Origin: a virus
Direction: 5' to 3' (one strand)
IMG/VR virus record: IMGVR_UViG_3300001305_000002
Span: 29,340-93,339 of that record
Length of the DNA stretch: 64,000 bases
This document shows positions 62,230 to 64,000 of this stretch, in pieces. The translations under genes and the position numbers were made by a program. The notes beneath the pieces were generated by a model. It saw only the letters and a list, made by a program, of their open reading frames with translations, searched no databases and was not told where the DNA came from. Numbering within the stretch: position 1 is the stretch's first letter; the number at the start of each line of letters is the position of its first letter.

Positions 62230-62367
62230 AGAACGAATATATTAGGCACTGACGAAAAATTGCCGCTGCCTCTACCGTTGGGCTACACACTCATTTATCA
62301 CAAGCGGACAGGATTCGAACCTGCACTTTAGCGGATGGAAGATAATCGTACAGTTTCGACTCGTTCT
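62230..62367 (-). ncRNA. YrlA-type Y RNA 1 (Ro-binding stem plus permuted tRNA module)
   Basis: Terminal stem AGAACGA/TCGTTCT, GAGTCGAA...GATTATCT motif, then T arm GCAGG-TTCGAAT-CCTGT before D arm TAGCCCAACGGTAGAGGC. Confidence 0.85.
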
Positions 62368-62375
62368 GAGTCAAG

Positions 62376-62494
62376 TGCGGCAATCAGGAATCGAACCTGA
62401 TTTTCGAGGTAAGCTTAGCACACCTAGTACTTGTACGTCTACAAGCTATTATGCGCAGCCTATGACACTTACCCTAGTCTATTACCAGAGCCGC
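62376..62494 (-). ncRNA. tRNA-like RNA with about 55-nt expansion in place of the anticodon loop
   Basis: GCGGC/GCCGC acceptor, GGTAAG/CTTACC stem closing the insert, T arm TCAGG-TTCGATT-CCTGA. Confidence 0.55.
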
Positions 62495-62522
62495 AAGGTG
62501 CCTCTGTTACGAGGCGTATTAC

Positions 62523-62705
62523 TTAGAACCAACGATCAAGAACATACTGAATATCGATGCACTTTTTCTGTGCTTCTTTTTCAGCAGCTATGTTAATTGG
62601 CGTAGAATCTTTTTGCCTTCTCTTACGTGCGTCAGCATAAGCATCCCGAGCATCTTTAAGTGCTTTCAGTGCCTGCTTTTTGCTATTATAATTATAAGTT
62701 GCCAT
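62523..62705 (-). CDS. Small basic hypothetical protein inside the Ro60/Y RNA locus
   Basis: 60-aa ORF, AAGGA RBS. Confidence 0.6.
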   Translation of the reverse strand: MATYNYNSKKQALKALKDARDAYADARKRRQKDSTPINIAAEKEAQKKCIDIQYVLDRWF

Positions 62706-62713
62706 ATCAATCC

Positions 62714-62872
62714 TTAGTTAAAGAGATTAGCAACAGCCTGAGCGTTGTTTACAGCTTTTTCTAGGTTCTTAATGGTAGCAGCACTAGCCTTAGCCTTTTT
62801 AGCTGCTGCGAGATCAGCCTTAGCTTGCCTTAGAGTTTCAAAAGCTTCATCACTTGAAGTGTGTTTTGGCAA
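62714..62872 (-). CDS. Small Ala/Lys-rich protein inside the Ro60/Y RNA locus
   Basis: Hand translation MPKHTSSDEAFETLRQAKADLAAAKKAK...; AAGGAG RBS, TTG start. Confidence 0.55.
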   Translation of the reverse strand: MPKHTSSDEAFETLRQAKADLAAAKKAKASAATIKNLEKAVNNAQAVANLFN

Positions 62873-62915
62873 CTTAACTACTCCTTATTTTGGTGTAATG
62901 ACAAAAAAAAATAAA

Positions 62916-63050
62916 GCTGTGAGCATATAAGTAGAAAACGAGGTTTTCCGTGCGTCCACTACACTTAGTCTGCATGAAGTGCAGACTCTAGGATTCGAAC
63001 CTAGCCTGGTCTTTTAGCATAAGATAATCGTCTTCAATTCGGCTCACAGC
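62916..63050 (-). ncRNA. YrlA-type Y RNA 2
   Basis: 9-bp terminal stem GCTGTGAGC/GCTCACAGC, GAGCCGAA...GATTATCT, T arm CTAGG-TTCGAAT-CCTAG, closed acceptor-like hairpin AGTCTGCA/TGCAGACT, D-like arm GTGT-AGTGG-ACGC; T tract follows. Confidence 0.88.
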
Positions 63051-63053
63051 CAG

Positions 63054-63127
63054 TGTCTTTGACAGGAATTGAACCTGTAACTTAATCTGGTTAAAATCCA
63101 GCGCTTTGCCTGTTAAGCTACAAAGAC
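63054..63127 (-). ncRNA. Atypical tRNA with 4-bp anticodon stem (Lys-UUU register; UUA if read in canonical numbering)
   Basis: GTCTTTG/CAAAGAC, CTGG-ATTTTAA-CCAG, ACAGG-TTCAATT-CCTGT. Confidence 0.6.
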
Positions 63128-63133
63128 ATATGA

Positions 63134-63197
63134 TACGAACATAAATTGATAATGGGTGTTATTCCAGTCTAAGATAACCCAAAATCTTCGGCTCGTA
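63134..63197 (-). ncRNA. Short Y RNA 3 (Ro-binding stem only, no tRNA module)
   Basis: TACGAGC/GTTCGTA terminal stem, GAGCCGAAG...GGTTATCT motif. Confidence 0.7.
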
Positions 63198-63212
63198 TTT
63201 AAAAAGTTTTAA

Positions 63213-63327
63213 GTTTGGACATGAGGTAGGATTCGGAAGTTCTCTCCGTAGAGAGTTGTTGGATTTGAACCAACTAAATTAATTTTCAATAAATTATTTT
63301 CGATAACCGAATCCAATCGGCCCAAAC
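63213..63327 (-). ncRNA. Y RNA 4 (T arm and hairpin, no clear D arm)
   Basis: GTTTGGGC/GTCCAAAC, GGGCCGAT...GGTTATCG, GTTGG-TTCAAAT-CCAAC, CTCTC-TACG-GAGAG. Confidence 0.75.
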
Positions 63328-63336
63328 AAAGTTTAA

Positions 63337-63510
63337 TCAAATATCAAATTCACCATCTTTTACACCAGCAACAAATGATTTCCATTCATTGTGAGTGTAC
63401 ATTACCATATCACCACTAACATCTCGAACAGTAACGAGATGATTATCGATCTTAACTTCTACACAAGTAGTATTACCGCAATATGATGATGTAATATATT
63501 CATTTTCCAT
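63337..63510 (-). CDS. DUF397 family small protein
   Basis: SSYCGNTTCVEV...VRD...THNEWKSFVAGVKDGEFD. Confidence 0.8.
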   Translation of the reverse strand: MENEYITSSYCGNTTCVEVKIDNHLVTVRDVSGDMVMYTHNEWKSFVAGVKDGEFDI

Positions 63511-63511
63511 G

Positions 63512-63583
63512 TAGCCCGAAAGGGAATTGAACCCTTCTCGCAAGATTGAGAATCTTGAATTCTAACCACTAAACTACCGGGCC
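63512..63583 (-). tRNA. tRNA-Glu(CUC)
   Basis: GGCCCGG/TCGGGCT, CAAGA-TTCTCAA-TCTTG. Confidence 0.85.
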
Positions 63584-63821
63584 ATTAAATGTCAATAAGC
63601 TACTCGTAAATCCGAGGTATACACTTTTAAGCAGGCTTGCCGCTTACTGACAAGATTTACTCTACAGCATCAAACTGAGGTTGTCAACTTATGACTTGCC
63701 GAAAAGTTTCTTTAGTGTAGTTGGCTTATCTTGATCTCGTTTAGTGCCACAATTCCAGCACTTCTTAGCATCTTCGCGTACCTCAACACTACAATGAGTG
63801 CATTTCCAATGTTTCCACATG

Positions 63822-63895
63822 TATCTACGGTCGGACTCGAACCGACACTGTAGGGATTTTAAGTCCCTTGCCTCCTGCCATTGGGCTACGTAGAC
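63822..63895 (-). tRNA. tRNA-Leu(UAA)
   Basis: GTCTACG/CGTAGAT, AGGGA-CTTAAAA-TCCCT, GTCGG-TTCGAGT-CCGAC; short variable loop. Confidence 0.85.
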
Positions 63896-63899
63896 TTGG

Positions 63900-63992
63900 C
63901 TTTGTGATCAGGAATAGTATCAGCATACGATCTGACGTTTACCTGAATTACTAGAAGCAAAATCTAGCGTTCTAACATTAAACTATCACAAA
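63900..63992 (-). ncRNA. tRNA-like RNA with a 29-nt T loop
   Basis: TTTGTGA/TCACAAA, D stem GTTT/GAAC, CTAGA-TTTTGCT-TCTAG, TCAGG/CCTGA enclosing 29 nt. Confidence 0.55.
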
Positions 63993-64000
63993 ATTGGTCA

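Noticed and set aside
62211-62249. GTG start of Ro60 at 62249 given by the ORF track
   Set aside because: Overlaps Y RNA 1; ATG at 62210 has a GGAGG RBS and matches the usual TROVE N-terminus

Overview
This window looks like part of a large, AT-rich (roughly 40% GC by eye) lytic-type bacteriophage of a filamentous actinomycete. The host call is inferred from Lsr2, TraB/Spd-like, DUF397, Excalibur and neprosin-like genes. No capsid, terminase or tail genes are recognisable except a partial collagen-like ORF at the left edge. The + strand block (0.4-15.6 kb) holds Pnkp, NADAR, two tRNA clusters, a class II ribonucleotide reductase, DnaX and a Streptomyces-plasmid-like transfer module. That module has a Spd-like membrane gene sitting on a dense TGTC/GACA array, and a TraB/FtsK translocase split by a candidate programmed -1 frameshift (G GGA AAA plus hairpin). 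The - strand block (15.8-64 kb) is a long run of small genes, many with their own TTGACA-N17-TAGNNT promoter. It also holds ThyX, DnaN, an Mre11-like nuclease and a separate Rad50 C-terminal half, a RecB-like nuclease, HNH/EndoVII endonucleases, Lsr2, an RNase AS-like exonuclease and more tRNAs. The most striking RNA biology has two parts. First, a Ro60 (TROVE) gene is preceded by four divergent Y-RNA-like genes that share one motif, two of them with complete permuted tRNA modules. Second, about a dozen tRNA-like elements keep the acceptor and T arm but have a deleted, shrunken or expanded anticodon, D or T region, including a 44-nt minihelix. All domain names come from motif recognition by eye; no database search was run.
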